NCBI GenBank assembly: GCA_965202585.1
Contig: OZ241831.1
Location: 53,754,001-53,818,000, forward strand
Length of the DNA stretch: 64,000 nucleotides
Reading direction: 5' to 3'
Source of the DNA: Thalia democratica
Taxonomy: Eukaryota
A program made the position numbers and the translations under genes. Position 1 is the stretch's first letter. Each line of letters opens with the position of its first letter. The notes beneath the pieces were generated by a model. The model made no database searches, was not told the origin of the DNA, and worked only from the letters and a program-made list of their open reading frames with translations. This document shows positions 62,010-64,000 of this stretch, in pieces.

Positions 62010-62720
62010 CTTCGAAACGTACAAAATGGAATTGGGGTAGTTTGAGCACCAATGCGAGATGTACAAGATTAGCAACGAACAAAGAAAGTATGAAATTCTA
62101 TTACAAAAATGGCCTCAAAGGGATGTTAAAGATTTCTGGGAGTCAACCTCGAGGCAGGAACGAAACTACAATAATTTATACCGCTTTCTGCAAGACAAAG
62201 GTTGCCCTTTACTAAAATTTATGAGGTCCAGAACAGCGTCTAATGCACCAACAGAATACCAAGATTCGCGTATGGAAGCAACAAAGTGGGCAAAAAGAAC
62301 TTTAGATGATAGGGTATTTTTTTTTACTTGTTACTTGGCGCCAAATTATCTTAAAAGCGAGGTCTGGGCAAACTTTGGACATAATATTGAAGAATTTTAC
62401 CTTAGGATGGCAGCAACCTTTGTAGGTCATAAAGAGAGGCACTTAGATAACACACAAAACATCAACTATGGGGTTCGTGAGCCACGCTTCAGAAAAAATA
62501 GAACAAGGAGACGCAATAACACAGGCTGGCATGAGTACCAAAACAAGTTTTGTAGTGATCATGGCAGTGACCAACCTAATCAGCAGCATAATAGGCTTGG
62601 TAGCGACCAACGCGCAAATTTCATAATGTAAAACTTTGGGACTTGCATTTAGCCCATGGGGAAAATGCAATTAAATTTAGAATACCTGACTCTTGTCCAA
62701 TGGCCCACCTCATAAAACAT
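62010..62720 (+). mobile_element. Degenerate Ty3/Gypsy-like gag with a CHCC-type zinc-knuckle remnant
   Basis: ..FEHQCEMYKISNEQRKYEILLQKW.. resembles Gypsy gag N-termini. After a frameshift, KL(W)DLHLAHGENAIK(F)RIPDSC fits C-x2-H-x8-C-x5-C with two Cys mutated. Confidence 0.55.
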
Positions 62721-62835
62721 CAAAGCCAAAATATTTACCCACGTGAAAATAATAACAGAACAGTAAAACACTTTTCATTTGCAACTGCGAAATCTGCTTC
62801 TTTTAGTCCAATAAAAAAAATTACAAAATTTTAAA

Positions 62836-63125
62836 CCTAAAGCTCCCAGAAAAGTTTTAGCACATGAAATAACTGGCCGAGTGGTATGGTTTAATGTAAA
62901 GAAGGGCTATGGATTCATTCATTGTGATGATAAGGACAGTGATGTATTCATTCATCACACTGACATTGCTAAAGAGAACCCTAACAAGTATTTAAGGTCA
63001 CTTGCTCAAGGTGAGGCTGAACAATCTGATGTGGCAATGAGTAAAAAAATATGCCAAAAGCTACAAGTGTAACAGGACCCAACTTCAGACCAGTTCAGGG
63101 TTCGAAATATGTCCCAGATAGGTGG
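62836..63125 (+). pseudogene. Y-box-type cold-shock domain, frameshifted, directly downstream of the gag remnant
   Basis: PRKVLAHEITGRVVWFNVKKGYGFIHCDDKDSDVFIHHTDIAKENPNKYLRSLAQGE../ATSVTGPNFRPVQGSKYVPDR matches the metazoan YBX CSD (WFNV, GYGFI, DVFVH, KYLRS, VTGP, VQGSKY). Confidence 0.88.
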
Positions 63126-64000
63126 CCTAGCAATAACCAGATGTTTAAGAGGCACCAGAAGCCTCAACACACATGTTAATTGGCCAATGATTATAAAAAA
63201 TTAAGATACAAATTAAGCAAATAGAAAAACAAAATAATTATAAGATAAAACACAACCACCAATCAACCCATCAGGTTAAAACAACTAATTTTAAAAAATT
63301 TCCTAATATAAACAATGAGATTAATTTTTCAAACAAAGTAAATGCTAGTTCAACAGGTTATAAACCTATTAACAATAATAAAGAAATGGTAGAGCCTCAA
63401 AGAGAAATTTCAAACCTACATATAAAGCAAGATGAGTTGATAAAAGAAGATTTAGAAATTAAAAAAATGTTGAGAATATTAAACTTAAGATTAAGGAACC
63501 AAAAAATAAACTTTTAGAACTCCAATGTAAAATAATACTATTCTTGGGGTAAACTAGGCATGGCAATTGGGTGATTTTTTCTTGCGTCTATTCACATTTT
63601 AATACATGTGTGTTTTTCTTCAACCTAATACTGAAAATTTCTGCAGTTTTTTTTGACTCATGTCTAAAATTATTTTTTAAATTAATTTCTAGCGAAAGCA
63701 TTAACAGTTTTTAAATATTACCAAAAATTTATTATAACTTAAGAGAACGGATTAGAATCTTTTATTTGTTTATTCCAAGTTATCTGAAATGTTGTTGTGT
63801 TATAATTTTTTTTTTTGTTTTTCTTTGTTTTTGAAATGCTGGGGTAGAGTTCAATTCCTATAAAATTAAAAAAAAAGGGGGGGTTGAGGATTCTCTTTCA
63901 AAATAGCGGGAAGAGGAAGTGTATAGCTGTTCCAAGTTTCACTTGAAAAATGTTTTGTTTTTAAGAGAAAATTAAGAGTTATTAAGAGCACTTACAAGTC

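Noticed and set aside
61867-62670. Minus-strand ORFs 61867-62082 and 62443-62670
   Set aside because: Antisense to the gag-like remnant, with no motifs.

Overview
Very AT-rich eukaryotic (metazoan, invertebrate-like) nuclear DNA, mostly non-coding and full of transposon debris. Supported genes: a three-exon calcineurin B homologous protein gene (CHP; 26451-29987 +); an intronless tRNA-Arg(UCU) (20913-20985); and two intact, single-ORF paralogues (11213-12889 and 49550-51250, both -) encoding a PARP-like ADP-ribosyltransferase domain followed by a second, degenerate ART domain. The two paralogues lie in an old collinear segmental duplication. Disrupted genes: the last exon of a UDP-glucuronosyltransferase (~4390-4620) and a two-exon gene of unknown function (41344-43020 -). 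Mobile DNA: several hAT-type elements (an 89-bp Ac-like MITE, a transposase remnant, a 4.6-kb non-coding element with perfect TIR and TSD, and a self-nested family with 6-bp TSDs), a 1.1-kb fold-back, a Penelope retroelement remnant, and a Gypsy-like gag remnant fused to a Y-box cold-shock domain. There are two minimal hammerhead ribozyme motifs (6141-6200 and 47913-47950) and a ~160-bp satellite with a 920-bp higher-order repeat. Best leads: the tandem ART/pseudo-ART gene pair, the stand-alone hammerhead cassette with a built-in antisense segment, and the pol-less gag-CSD retroelement. Everything was read by eye and no searches were run.
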